Positions 1-10,800 of a stretch of DNA of 34,225 bases are shown here, one piece after another (position 1 is the stretch's first letter; each line of letters begins with the position of its first letter). The position numbers and the translations under genes were made by a program. Under the pieces are notes generated by a model, which was not told the origin of the DNA, made no database searches, and saw only the letters and a program-made list of their open reading frames with translations. The stretch comes from a virus (lineage: Duplodnaviria > Caudoviricetes): the IMG/VR virus record IMGVR_UViG_3300020413_000033, positions 1 to 34,225 of that record, one strand, 5' to 3'.

Positions 1-172
1 CTTCTTGACCCTTTTCTATTAACGAATATAAATTACCTCTTGTGTAATCATAATCTTTTTCAATATCGTTAGATTTGGATACTTGTTCTTTTTTAGGTTT
101 CGTTGGTTGAATATCAACTTCAGTGGTTGTATTCAATGCATTTTCAATACTATCGTAATTATTATCAGACAT
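1..172 (-). CDS. gp16: Terminase small subunit gp16, N-terminal part (runs off the window edge)
   Basis: Not in ORF track. Hand translation from ATG at 172 gives MSDNNYDSIENALNTTTEVDIQPTKPKKEQVSKSNDIEKDYDYTRGNLYSLIEKGQE. The KDYDYTRGNLYSLIEKGQE motif is typical of cyanomyophage gp16, and the gene directly follows gp15 as in T4. Confidence 0.88.
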   Translation of the reverse strand, partial: MSDNNYDSIENALNTTTEVDIQPTKPKKEQVSKSNDIEKDYDYTRGNLYSLIEKGQE

Positions 173-174
173 AA

Positions 175-972
175 TTAAATATCCTTACCTTGTGTAGGAC
201 TGTAAGATTTAGCGTCTGAAAATATAGATGTAGATTCACTGAATCCAAAATCATCGTCAGGACCTGCAGTAACAGGATCTGGTGCGACAGTATATCTCTG
301 AATACGTTTTGCAGTTTTAGTATTAGTTTCAGGGTAGTAATCAACTTGAACTTTCTTAATAAGACCCTCTGAAGACTCTGCAACAGGACCAAATAAGTAT
401 GTTTTTGCTGTAAAATTCAATGTGTATATAAGTGCTCTTCTTGTAGAAAAATCTCCTTCATAATCATCTTGGAAATTAATACTATCCAAAACAATTGGTA
501 TATCTCTCTTTTCTCCTATAGATTTTACTAAATCTACAGTTAAATTAAATGATGGTTGAAAATATGGAAGTATCTGTTCTACAATTTGTAATGCATCATC
601 ATTCAATTTAGTTAAAACATTTAATTCAAATCCAACATTATATGGAACAGGCATATAAACTTTCTTCATATTAGTTCCATCAGATGCCTTAAAAGTTTGT
701 GTTACTCCAACTTTTCTTGTAGAATCATAATTAACTGATGTCATTTCAAATGACATTCTTGGTAATGTTATTTGAACTGGTTTATTTAAATCTGCTTGTT
801 GTTCTAATCTTGCAAGAAATTTTTGAGAAGGACCATATGCTAATGGAACTTTCATTTCACTATATGTGTTTCCTGCAGAGTCGTCATGACGAATATAAAT
901 TTGATTGAACAATGTTCCAAAAGAAACTATTGTTTTTCTCATTATTTCGTGATAGTAATAAGTTCCTAACAT
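175..972 (-). CDS. gp15: Tail sheath stabilizer / tail completion protein gp15
   Basis: 265 aa with motifs YYYHEIMRKTIVSFGTLFN, KVPLAYGP, LPRMSFEM, PVPYN and QIVEQILPYFQP. Lies between gp14 and gp16. Confidence 0.95.
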   Translation of the reverse strand: MLGTYYYHEIMRKTIVSFGTLFNQIYIRHDDSAGNTYSEMKVPLAYGPSQKFLARLEQQADLNKPVQITLPRMSFEMTSVNYDSTRKVGVTQTFKASDGTNMKKVYMPVPYNVGFELNVLTKLNDDALQIVEQILPYFQPSFNLTVDLVKSIGEKRDIPIVLDSINFQDDYEGDFSTRRALIYTLNFTAKTYLFGPVAESSEGLIKKVQVDYYPETNTKTAKRIQRYTVAPDPVTAGPDDDFGFSESTSIFSDAKSYSPTQGKDI

Positions 973-2402
973 TAAAATGTACCAAATGGGTTGCCTTCTG
1001 AAAAGTCAATGATGTCATCAGCTTCACTTTCGATTTCATCACCTTTATCATATTTATCAACAAATTCTGCCGACTCTATGTAATCCACTGTATATTGTGC
1101 TCCAGATGTTGCACCAACTGCAACATCACCAGGAATAAATGTTCCATCTGTAGTTCCTAATTTAAGAGTATTTGTAGTGACATTCCAAGTTTTAACTCTA
1201 CCTTTTGCACCAGAAGCAGAACCTGTAACAAGTTCATTAAATTTATATGTTCCAATACCTGTAATAACTGGTGGTGGTGAAACAGTAGCAATTCCAGTGC
1301 CAGCATCATAACCAATACCTGCATCTGATAATAAAACTCCTGTTACAAGATTATCAGTGCTAATTGCAACTCTACCAGTAGCTGTTCCGACACCAGAAGA
1401 TGGAGTTCCAAAGAATATTTCGGGTGAAGTTGCATATCCACTTCCACTATTTGATATTATAACAGATCCTATACCAACACTAGAAGTAACTAAATTAGCA
1501 GTGGCAGCAGCACCTACACCATAAGATGTTGAACCAATTCCAAGAATTGTAGAACCAGCACTGACAATTGTAACTGTAGGTGTAACAGTATATCCAGCAC
1601 CAGCATTCGTTAATAGTATTTCTTTAATTGAATGTACACCATTTACTGAAGTTGTTATTGCAACTGCACTTGCGTTAGTTCCACCATCTGGAGCAGTTGT
1701 GATAGCAACTGTTGGAACTTTTGTATAATCATATCCATCATTATTCAGAACAATATTTCTAACATAACCAGATGCTGTTGTAATACCTAAAGTTGCAGTT
1801 GATCCTATAGAAATTAATTTTAAAGAAGTAATATAACCTTGATCTACTAGAGTATCATCAATTTCTTCAGTAACTCCACTAATTTGATCCCATCCACCAA
1901 CTTCATCTTGAAGTTCAAAGAGTTCACATCTAAGTTCATAAACATAATTTTTACCTAGTTGATAAAAAGGTTGCTCATGCTCTACAAATTTTATCTCAAA
2001 AAGTCTTTGTCCTAAAGGAAAAAATATAAGATCTCCTTCACTAGGTCTGGATGAAACTTCTATTTCATCTTCTGGCAATGCATCTAAAAATGGGGCAATA
2101 AAATCCTCAAATCTTTCTCTTGATATTGTTAAAATTACTTCGTCCTTTAAACTCATTCCAAATTTAGTCATTACATCACCAGCACCACCATATCCCTCAT
2201 AGGTATTGACATATGCTTCAATTGCAAAATTATCAACAAAAGAAGAAGATTCAAGTTCTGTAAAAATATTATCTTTCTTAACTATTCTTCTAGGTAAATA
2301 TGCAACTTCAACACCATAAATTTGAAGTTGTTCATTTATTAGACTTTGTACAAGTCTTTGCTCACTTTGAGATCCTTGAAGAAAAAAGGGATTTAATGCC
2401 AT
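972..2402 (-). CDS. gp14: Neck protein gp14 with central Gly/Thr-rich insertion
   Basis: N-terminal MALNPFF..EQRLVQSLINEQLQIYG, RPSEGDLIFFP, FEIKFVEHEQPFYQLGK and C-terminal IIDFSEGNPFG. TAATG overlap with gp15. Confidence 0.93.
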   Translation of the reverse strand: MALNPFFLQGSQSEQRLVQSLINEQLQIYGVEVAYLPRRIVKKDNIFTELESSSFVDNFAIEAYVNTYEGYGGAGDVMTKFGMSLKDEVILTISRERFEDFIAPFLDALPEDEIEVSSRPSEGDLIFFPLGQRLFEIKFVEHEQPFYQLGKNYVYELRCELFELQDEVGGWDQISGVTEEIDDTLVDQGYITSLKLISIGSTATLGITTASGYVRNIVLNNDGYDYTKVPTVAITTAPDGGTNASAVAITTSVNGVHSIKEILLTNAGAGYTVTPTVTIVSAGSTILGIGSTSYGVGAAATANLVTSSVGIGSVIISNSGSGYATSPEIFFGTPSSGVGTATGRVAISTDNLVTGVLLSDAGIGYDAGTGIATVSPPPVITGIGTYKFNELVTGSASGAKGRVKTWNVTTNTLKLGTTDGTFIPGDVAVGATSGAQYTVDYIESAEFVDKYDKGDEIESEADDIIDFSEGNPFGTF

Positions 2403-2408
2403 TTGTTA

Positions 2409-3251
2409 TCACCCTATAAAATCAAAAGGTGGTAACTCATATTCTTGAGACATCCTTTCTTTAATTGCATCTAATTCTCTTTGACCATCTTCATATATTT
2501 CTCTTCCATTTAATTCAATTCCACCTGGTAATTTAACTCCCTTAAATTTAATTAAATTTTGACCCCATTGACGTTTCATTAATGCTGTCAGATATTTTTT
2601 AACGAAATAATCATTATATATTTGACTGAATGAATCTGGATCAAGTGCTCTAAAGCAATCAAGAACTATGAATGTTCCTGGTTCCTCTGCACCCCAATCA
2701 ATATCTAAATATAATCTATCTTGTCTTTGATTAAATCTTATTTGTTTATCCGTAGATAGTAAAAAATCTATATCTTCTAATCGAGTTTTAATCATACTAT
2801 ACTGTAATAATTCAACTGAATTGAATTGATATAAGTCATTTAAAAATAACTGATACTTGATACTGAACATACTACCAGATATTGTACTTGTGTCAAATTT
2901 AAATATTTTTTCTACTCCAATTACTGATTCTGGCACTTGTAAATAATTTGAGTTTTCATACCAATTAAAATTTGTACTCGCAATGCCTACTCCATTTGAT
3001 GTAGTTGTTGTAGTTACAATTCCAACTCCTGTTGTTCCAGTAGCTCTTCCTCTATCAATATCATCTTGAGTCAAAATATATTTCAAATACATTTTTTCGA
3101 CACCATTATAATGTCTCTCATTAAATAATTGAATTGTATCATCAACTAGATCATCAACTTGATCATCATCAATATTAATTTCTAATACTGGTGCACCTAA
3201 TTGTCTTAAACAATAATCTACCAATGTCTGTTTACTATTTGGTTTTGCCAT
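2409..3251 (-). CDS. gp13: Neck protein gp13
   Basis: YCLRQLGAPVLEINIDDDQ, KRQWGQNLIKF, LPGGIELNG and PPFDFIG motifs, plus synteny with gp14/gp15. Confidence 0.95.
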   Translation of the reverse strand: MAKPNSKQTLVDYCLRQLGAPVLEINIDDDQVDDLVDDTIQLFNERHYNGVEKMYLKYILTQDDIDRGRATGTTGVGIVTTTTTSNGVGIASTNFNWYENSNYLQVPESVIGVEKIFKFDTSTISGSMFSIKYQLFLNDLYQFNSVELLQYSMIKTRLEDIDFLLSTDKQIRFNQRQDRLYLDIDWGAEEPGTFIVLDCFRALDPDSFSQIYNDYFVKKYLTALMKRQWGQNLIKFKGVKLPGGIELNGREIYEDGQRELDAIKERMSQEYELPPFDFIG

Positions 3252-4228
3252 CAGAATACACCTCCATCGATTAATCCAGCAGTTAATGTGCCATCAACAA
3301 ATACATTACTTGTAAATGTTGCTATTGCACCAAATGTTGAAATTCCAGCAGTAACAATTAAACCACCATCAAGAATTCTTACTCCTGTTCTTGCAGTGAT
3401 CAAACCAACTGCATCAACATTTGTTACATCTTCATATGTAAGTGTTCCACCTATACTTACATTTCCAGAAAAAATTCCATTTGTTGCTGTAAGACCTAGT
3501 GGGAATGATGCAGCAGTTGCATTAGCACCTTGGAAAGATGTTGCAGTAGAAATTCCACTTATTATTATACCATCTTCAGTGGTGATAAATTTTTCAACAT
3601 CATTATAGTAAAGTCTTACACCCTCATCATCTTGAAATACTGCTGAAGTTTTTCCAGATTTTGCTTGAATGATAATGTTGCTTCCATCATCATCATTTAC
3701 ATTATTTCTAATATATAGTGGTCCTGTATTATTATCAATATATGATGCGGTTCCATTATGATACAATTCAAGATCATTTCCATCACCAAACAGAAGTTTA
3801 TCATTATCACCAAATAATGCTGAAGATGCAAAACTTACATTACTACTAAAAGTTGAAAGACCAGATACAGATAGTGATGATACTGTTCCAAGAGTGGATA
3901 CTCCAATAATATTTAAGTGTTGACTGGTTGTTACTCCTGAAACACCTAAAGATGCAATAGTACCAATACCAGTTATATCTAGATTTGTTGCTGTAATTTC
4001 ATCAAGACTTATATCACCACCAACAGTAAGATTCCCATCAAAAAATACATCACTTTGTGCAGTGATGATTCCTACAAATGTGGAAACACCAGAAACATTT
4101 AATTGAGTAACAGAAGCTATACCACCAACTACATTTCTAGCTTGCTCAGCTTGAAGAGTTCCTCCCGATTGACTGGAAAGAACTTTTATCGCATTTGCCT
4201 GACCAACTCTTACTTTAATTGATGACAT
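3251..4228 (-). CDS. Short fibre-like virion protein
   Basis: 325 aa with LxVSGVSTF-type repeats, a DNDKLLFGDGNDLELYHNG module and an LTYEDVTNVDAVGLITAR module typical of cyanophage fibres. Ends in IDGGVF and sits at the position of T4 wac, just before gp13. Confidence 0.75.
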   Translation of the reverse strand: MSSIKVRVGQANAIKVLSSQSGGTLQAEQARNVVGGIASVTQLNVSGVSTFVGIITAQSDVFFDGNLTVGGDISLDEITATNLDITGIGTIASLGVSGVTTSQHLNIIGVSTLGTVSSLSVSGLSTFSSNVSFASSALFGDNDKLLFGDGNDLELYHNGTASYIDNNTGPLYIRNNVNDDDGSNIIIQAKSGKTSAVFQDDEGVRLYYNDVEKFITTEDGIIISGISTATSFQGANATAASFPLGLTATNGIFSGNVSIGGTLTYEDVTNVDAVGLITARTGVRILDGGLIVTAGISTFGAIATFTSNVFVDGTLTAGLIDGGVF

Positions 4229-4575
4229 TACCTTGTAACTCCCTCCCTAATAAGGGCTGCACCTTCCACAACTCTCGTTTTATCACCAGCACCATCAGTT
4301 AAAATTATGTCATAAACATATCTACCAGGTTTTATAGCACTTGAGACAGTTTGTGATGGAGTTAATGAAATTTGTATTTGACCTTGACTCGCATTAACTT
4401 TATTTGTAGCAAAATCTACTTTGTTTGTGCTACCACCATGTTTCCTAAGTTGAGCTGTTATAGTAAAATCTGAAACATTTAATGGACCAGTATCATCACT
4501 TTGAGTTAAAGTAAATTCTTGGTTAAATGTGGCTCCTGCGTTAATTACAAGATTAGAAACAAATACAGCTGCCAT
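4228..4575 (-). CDS. Conserved small virion protein (BppU-like/Ig-like beta-sandwich)
   Basis: 115 aa with pattern LVINAGATF..AQLRK..GQIQISLT..GRYVYDI..RVVEG..GVTR. Coupled to the fibre gene by TAATG. Confidence 0.7.
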   Translation of the reverse strand: MAAVFVSNLVINAGATFNQEFTLTQSDDTGPLNVSDFTITAQLRKHGGSTNKVDFATNKVNASQGQIQISLTPSQTVSSAIKPGRYVYDIILTDGAGDKTRVVEGAALIREGVTR

Positions 4576-4601
4576 TTATATACTTTAATAATTTCTTCTA
4601 C

Positions 4602-4608
4602 TATTTAG
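4602..4608 (-). promoter_or_regulatory. Variant late promoter (CTAAATA)
   Basis: Minus strand reads CTAAATAG about 27 nt upstream of the 4575 start. This resembles the T4 gp55 late box TATAAATA. Confidence 0.45.
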
Positions 4609-4811
4609 GACTTATTAAGGTTGTTGACTAAAATTGATAAAGATGCTTTAATTTCATCAATATCTTTTCTTAAATTTTCAATTTCTTTGTCCTTACTTTC
4701 TCTATATTTTAAAGACTTAACATATTGATTATATCCTTGATTGTCACAGTTAATTATAGCACCACTTTTTTCATCACGATACAGATTTGAGTGTCCTTCT
4801 ACTTTTTTCAT
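4605..4811 (-). CDS. Conserved hypothetical protein with C-terminal coiled coil
   Basis: 68 aa, VEGHSNLYRDEKSGAIIN followed by heptad-like IENLRKDIDEIKASLSILV. ATGA overlap with the upstream 2501-aa gene. Confidence 0.8.
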   Translation of the reverse strand: MKKVEGHSNLYRDEKSGAIINCDNQGYNQYVKSLKYRESKDKEIENLRKDIDEIKASLSILVNNLNKS

Positions 4812-7800
4812 CTTATGGCAATACTCCTGAGTTCTTTAATTTTAGGGGTTTTTGCTTGAGAGGTACTAACCATAACTATTTTAATAGTATATCCGATGAA
4901 TAAATCTAAATTATCTGCAGTAAATTGATATTCTAAGAATTCATCTTCAGTACTAGGATTCACAAATGAATCAGATCTACCATCATTTTTATCAGGATCT
5001 TTTACACTATCACCAAATGCATCACTTTGATCTATATTTTTATAACCAGGAAATAGTTCAAATCCTTGCATTATTTCATCAGAGTCTGCTTTTATTAAGT
5101 GATAAAGAACTCTAATATCAGTTTCAGCAGGTCTAACAGCTGAAATTAAAATCTTTAAAGAACTAGCTGGATTTTTTAAACCAACTGTATTTGAATAATA
5201 AACAGATGAGTGGGGATCATCTAAAATACTATTTACTCTATTATCTGATGAATAACTTTCAAGTCCAATTGGATTGTTTATTCTATGATTAATAAATTCA
5301 GTTTTAGATTCTGAAAGATATATGATTGGAGATATGTATTGGTTATTAGATGATAAATTTAAAATTGTTGTAAATGATTTATTTCGAGGAAGAGTTGGTA
5401 AGTACTCATTTTCATTGATTTTTGATGCAACAATTGCAACATCATCCAAAGAATTTATAGTGTTTATTTGAATATTTTCAAATCCTCTATCATCAAATGA
5501 ATTTTCACTTCCATCAACACTAGTTCCAGATATAGTTCTAATACTTCCTGTTATGCCTGTTCTAGACCCATCAACTCCACTTGGGGTAATTGCACTATAT
5601 CTTGGAACTAAAGCAGAATACAGGATATTTTGAGTGCCTTTCACCAAAGATCCACCAACAGCAGGAGGTGATTCAAATGAATCAACTTTAAATGATAATT
5701 CAGGTTTATCACCATTTACACTGTCAGATGATCTGTCTTCTCCATTTGCAGAACGATCAAAACTTAAATGGTAATGATCTAATTCAACATTATCTGTAAG
5801 ACTTATTCCTGATACCTCTAATCTCCTTGTAGAAACACCACCTAATTCATATTTTTCAACTGTTGTTCCTTGATTATGAGAAACAGATATTGTATTATCA
5901 ACACCACGAATACTACCAGCATCTGATGCTATTGTTAATACACCACCAGCAGTATCTCTGTATCCAATAATTTCATCACCAATTTTAACATATCCAATGT
6001 AACCTGTTGTGCCATTAACATCTATACCTTCAAATTTTTGGAATGGTACTGTAGATGCAACACTAATAACACCTGTTTCATCTCTAGATAAAGGAGCAGA
6101 TAAAGTAGATGGGGTAGTATCTGATGTTATATCACTTAATTTTACCTTATTTGTTGTTGAATACATACCATGATTAAAATGATCAACTTTTAATATATTT
6201 CCAGAATTTAAACCAGTTTCATTTATATCAATTGTGCTAGTTTTGACAATTTTATTAGATTGAAATACCTCTCCGTTATCTTTAAAGTAACTCAATCCAA
6301 TACCAACTGCAGTATCCCATGATGTTGATTTTTTACCTTGAATATTAGTTAGATATAATGTATCAATCTCATTTCCATTTGTAGTAATTGTAAATTCAGC
6401 ACCTGTTCCACTTCCATTACCTAGAGAACTTGTAACTATTCCAACAACATCACCTGTTTGATATCCTCTACCTGTGGAATTAGTTGTAGTCGTGACTCCA
6501 GTGATGACCGAATTAGTACTAGTAACATCTAATTTTAATCCAGATCCAGATCCGATAATATTGAACGTATCTACAGTCACTCCAGATAAATTTCCACCAC
6601 CACCTGCTCTATAATTAGTTCCTGATTGTGCAATACTTACGGTTCCTGCACCAGCACCAGTTGAGTTTAGTACAGCAGTGCTAGTGTTCCACTTACCAGA
6701 TATTTTCCTACCTGGTGTAAGATAAAGATGTAATTGATTATCACCAGTTCCACTTGCATAAGTTTCAATACCAATTGAACCTGTTTTTGGTAAAACTGTA
6801 ATTGGATTATTTCTCAAAGTTGGAACATATCCATTACTTTCATTAAGATCTGGGTTATTGAAGTAAGCAGATCCTTGAGATTCTGTAAAATTAGCTCTGT
6901 GAAGTACAAAAGTTAAGTCTTTTGTTTGATCTTCAGTCCATAGTGATCCATTTTGTGACATAAAGAATGCACCAGCACCATATTGTCTAGAGTATCTTGT
7001 AGTTTCTCCAGTTGAACCAGGAATAGATTGTGGATTAACTGCAACATCTCCGTGCTTACCAAACCAAACAGTGTAGTTAACACTTCTTGGTGCAAGTAAT
7101 ACAAAAGCGTATGATTTTCCTGGTTCCAAATATATTGGTTCTGGGAAAGTAAATTTAGTTCCTATACTTGCAGAAGTTGCATCAAATTGAATATTTTGAA
7201 CTCTATTCCCACTTTCATCAGTGGTGAAAGGATATAATGTTTTACTTCTACCTCTGAGTATTCTTGATGGTCTAGCATCTCCTGTTGTTTCTCTAATTTC
7301 ACATGTTATTGGAGAATTTGCATCTTGATCAATTGATGCAAAAAATACTTCAACGGAAGTTAGGAAAAATCCATTTAGATCTTCATTTGCTTGAACTGCA
7401 GATGGTGCATAAACATTACCACCAACAACAAATGTTTGAGCTACAGGATCATCATGACGTGGTATGGGTTGTTTGAGATTAGCTAAGATATTAGTTTGTG
7501 CTTCTATGTTTACAGTGGTTTGTGTTATAGATCCAACCAATGTTTCTTGGAATGTCTCTTCTGTTCCTCTTGTAACGTATTGTGCCTCTGCAAATATTAC
7601 GTTTGGATCCTGTCCTGGTGGAACTTGACGGTTATCAATAGAAGTTGTAAGTCTAACAGATTTATTACCAGTTGTAACTTTTACTGGTACTATGTCTGAA
7701 GGATCTCTAATAAAGAAAGCGGCAATAATTTCTCCATATTCATCAGTTATTAATTTATTATTTGTAAAGTCTTTAACATATGCTTCTGCGCCACTTGTTT

Positions 7801-10800
7801 GACCCACTAATTTAGTATTTGCAACTAAATATCCAGAATAAGCACCCTGAGCCTCTTCTGATAGTGAACGAGTATCTATATTTAAAATATTTGATGATTG
7901 ACTGTATAACGTTTGAATATTTAAATCAGTATATGGATCTGTTGCATAAGTTTCTGTTGGATTATTAAATGGTCCGTCTTTATGATTTGGAGTACAAAGT
8001 CTGAAATTGATAATTTCTGTACCATCTGGACTATAACCTTTAACAGTTTCACCAATTTGGAAAGAACTAGTAGATCCATAATCAGATCCACCAGAAGTTT
8101 TTGTGATTGGTATTAATTTTGGAATTACATCTTCTATTTTTTGCCCATCTATGAATAAATAAACTTTTGTTTTTACTGGAAATCCACTTGATTTTAATTC
8201 AGTATTTCTAGATCTCATAAAATCTTCATTGGCAGATGAAATTAATCTATTCTGAAGATTAGTATCTGATTCAGTAAATGTGAAAGATCCTGTCCTCTTT
8301 TCTCCATTAATTAATGTTTGTCTAATCCTAAAACGACCCCTTTTCTCATCCCTTGCCGTAACTCCCGTATCAATTGTACCAAATCTCCTTAAATCAATAT
8401 TACCACCTAAATTTATATTTTGAGTTGTTGTAGGATTAGTTGTTGTTTCATCAAGAGTAATTGGATTTTGTCTAGTAGTTGTCCATACATCCTCAAATGG
8501 ATTAAGACTTATTCTACCAACTATTGCAGGAAGTTCATATGGATTCACATTTACGATACCTAGTTCGGTAGCGTAGTACTGACCTAACCAAACTTCTTCA
8601 TCATATTTTAAAGTTATTGCATCTCCTGTTTTTTGAATTTTAGTATCAAATAATTCAAAATTTTCTTGGAAATCTATTTGAGAACTAATTAAAGAATTTT
8701 TTGGTGTTATTTGATTAGTTAAAGTATTTCTTGATCGTCTAGGAATTAATTCTCCTGCATTAGGATTGATGTTAATTGTTGATAATGGATTGATTAATGA
8801 ATTATTTTTGAATCCATCTACAAAAAATCCAGTTTTAAATCTACTTCTACCTTGTGCATCTTGAATTTGTAATGACTGAGCGTTTGTTTCTAAAAGTGAT
8901 AATGTAGTAGTTTCTTCTAAATTTACAACTCTATTTTCAATATTACCAATATCTCTCATGGTAAATCTTCGATTATCAACTAAAGTTATAACTGCATCTT
9001 GAGGATTATAAAGATATGGTGGAAGAGCAATTGTTGCTAATTGCATAGAATCTTCACCCCTTTCAGGTGCTTTTGGAGTTATTGAAGATAATCCTTTTTC
9101 ATATACAAAATCACCAAATTGATTTAAATATAATCTATCAATTCTAGGTAAATAATATTCATATCCGATTGTAGAAGACTCATTTGGAATTAGATATTGT
9201 TTTATAGAAGTTGTAAAATCTCTAGACGAAAAATTAAATGGAGATTCTTGATTTAAATTAGTAGAATCATAAATGGGAACTCTTGGTCTAAAATCAATAG
9301 TGTCAGTAGCTCTTATTCCATTAATATCTGGAATATCAGTATCAAATCTATCATTATCATAACTTAAAGCAGTGAATAAATCACCTTCATCTTGATTAGA
9401 AACTGAATAATGATCGAAAATAATCAACAATCTTCCATTAGGTTCAGGAATACCTTTATTTCTTATTAATTTTGAATAATCATAATATTGTTCTTTTTGA
9501 CCTTTGTCTAAAGTAAATGATCTAGTTATGTTTCGATATAAACCCTTAGTTATACTTATCAAATTTGTATTAATTTTTGAATCTTGAAATTTAACAACTT
9601 CGTTTTCGGTAAATTTAGTTTCAGATAGATATACAATTCCCAGTGAATTAGCATTTGATGCTGATTTACTGACTATTCGAGCAATTGCTTTACTAGAATT
9701 ACCAACTATATCTTCACCAATAACTGCGTTTGTTTGAACAGCAGCAGTGCTATTAAACTGAAACTCATCAAGAGATGGTCTTGCAGTATCAACAGACTCA
9801 TAAACTGCTAATAACTTGACCGCATCAGGATGATTTAATGATATTTCTGGATCCTGTACCCTTACACCATATCTTTTATCGAAGGTTAAACCATCAGGAA
9901 CGACAGACGCACCTATACCAACAGCAATACTTCCAGATCTTTCATATTTTGAAAATATTACATCTAAAAGTTGACTTCTAGTGTAGTCTTTTATTTTAGT
10001 TTTAATATTATTTTTCTTAATTGAAGTATTAACAACAGCATTTGATGCATTAGGACCTCCAGTTAAAGTTATTTGTGAACCATCTGCATTAATTGCAAAT
10101 CTATTTTCAGGTAGACCTCTCTGACCTCCACTTGCAAGATGTATAGAGTATCTTTCCTCATCATAAGGTTCAAATGATGCTGTATCAATATCCGAATACA
10201 ATGCTTTAACATCATTCATTGTAATAGTTGCTGAATTACCAGAAAAAGTTACACCTGTTATCTGTTTAGTTACTCTTAAATCTGATCCAGATAAATCAAC
10301 AGTTGATACATTTGCATTCGCTAATGGTGCATATAAACGTCCATTACCTTTTATTGTAGGATCTCCGACATATGCTTGAACCTGTATGTCAGACGATGGT
10401 AATGTATTACCAAAAATTCCATCTACACTTGTACTTACTCCTGAAATAGTTAAATTTGTTCCACCAGCACCGACTGCTATGATTTTACTATATGTTTCTG
10501 TGTTTATTCCTGCTTGTTGGTATCTTAAAGTTATTCCTCTACCTAATGCTGCTTCAAATTTACCATTTGGTGCGGTCACTATCGATTTACCACCAACAGC
10601 AGCACCAATATTTACAATATTAATTCCATTTGGAAGTGTATATAAATCCTGAACAGTATTTGCTGCAAATTGAGGGTATCCTGTTATTGGTTCTTGTTTT
10701 ACTGATTTGATTAAGTGAGAATCAAAAATAGTGGCAACACCAACTGATAATGGAATATCAACTCCATTAACTTGCAATTGTTCACCTTTTGCAAAATTTC

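Noticed and set aside
165-392. 75-aa minus-strand ORF overlapping the gp15 3' end, and the similar 6913..7104 ORF
   Set aside because: Out-of-frame overlaps within well-supported genes, with no independent evidence.
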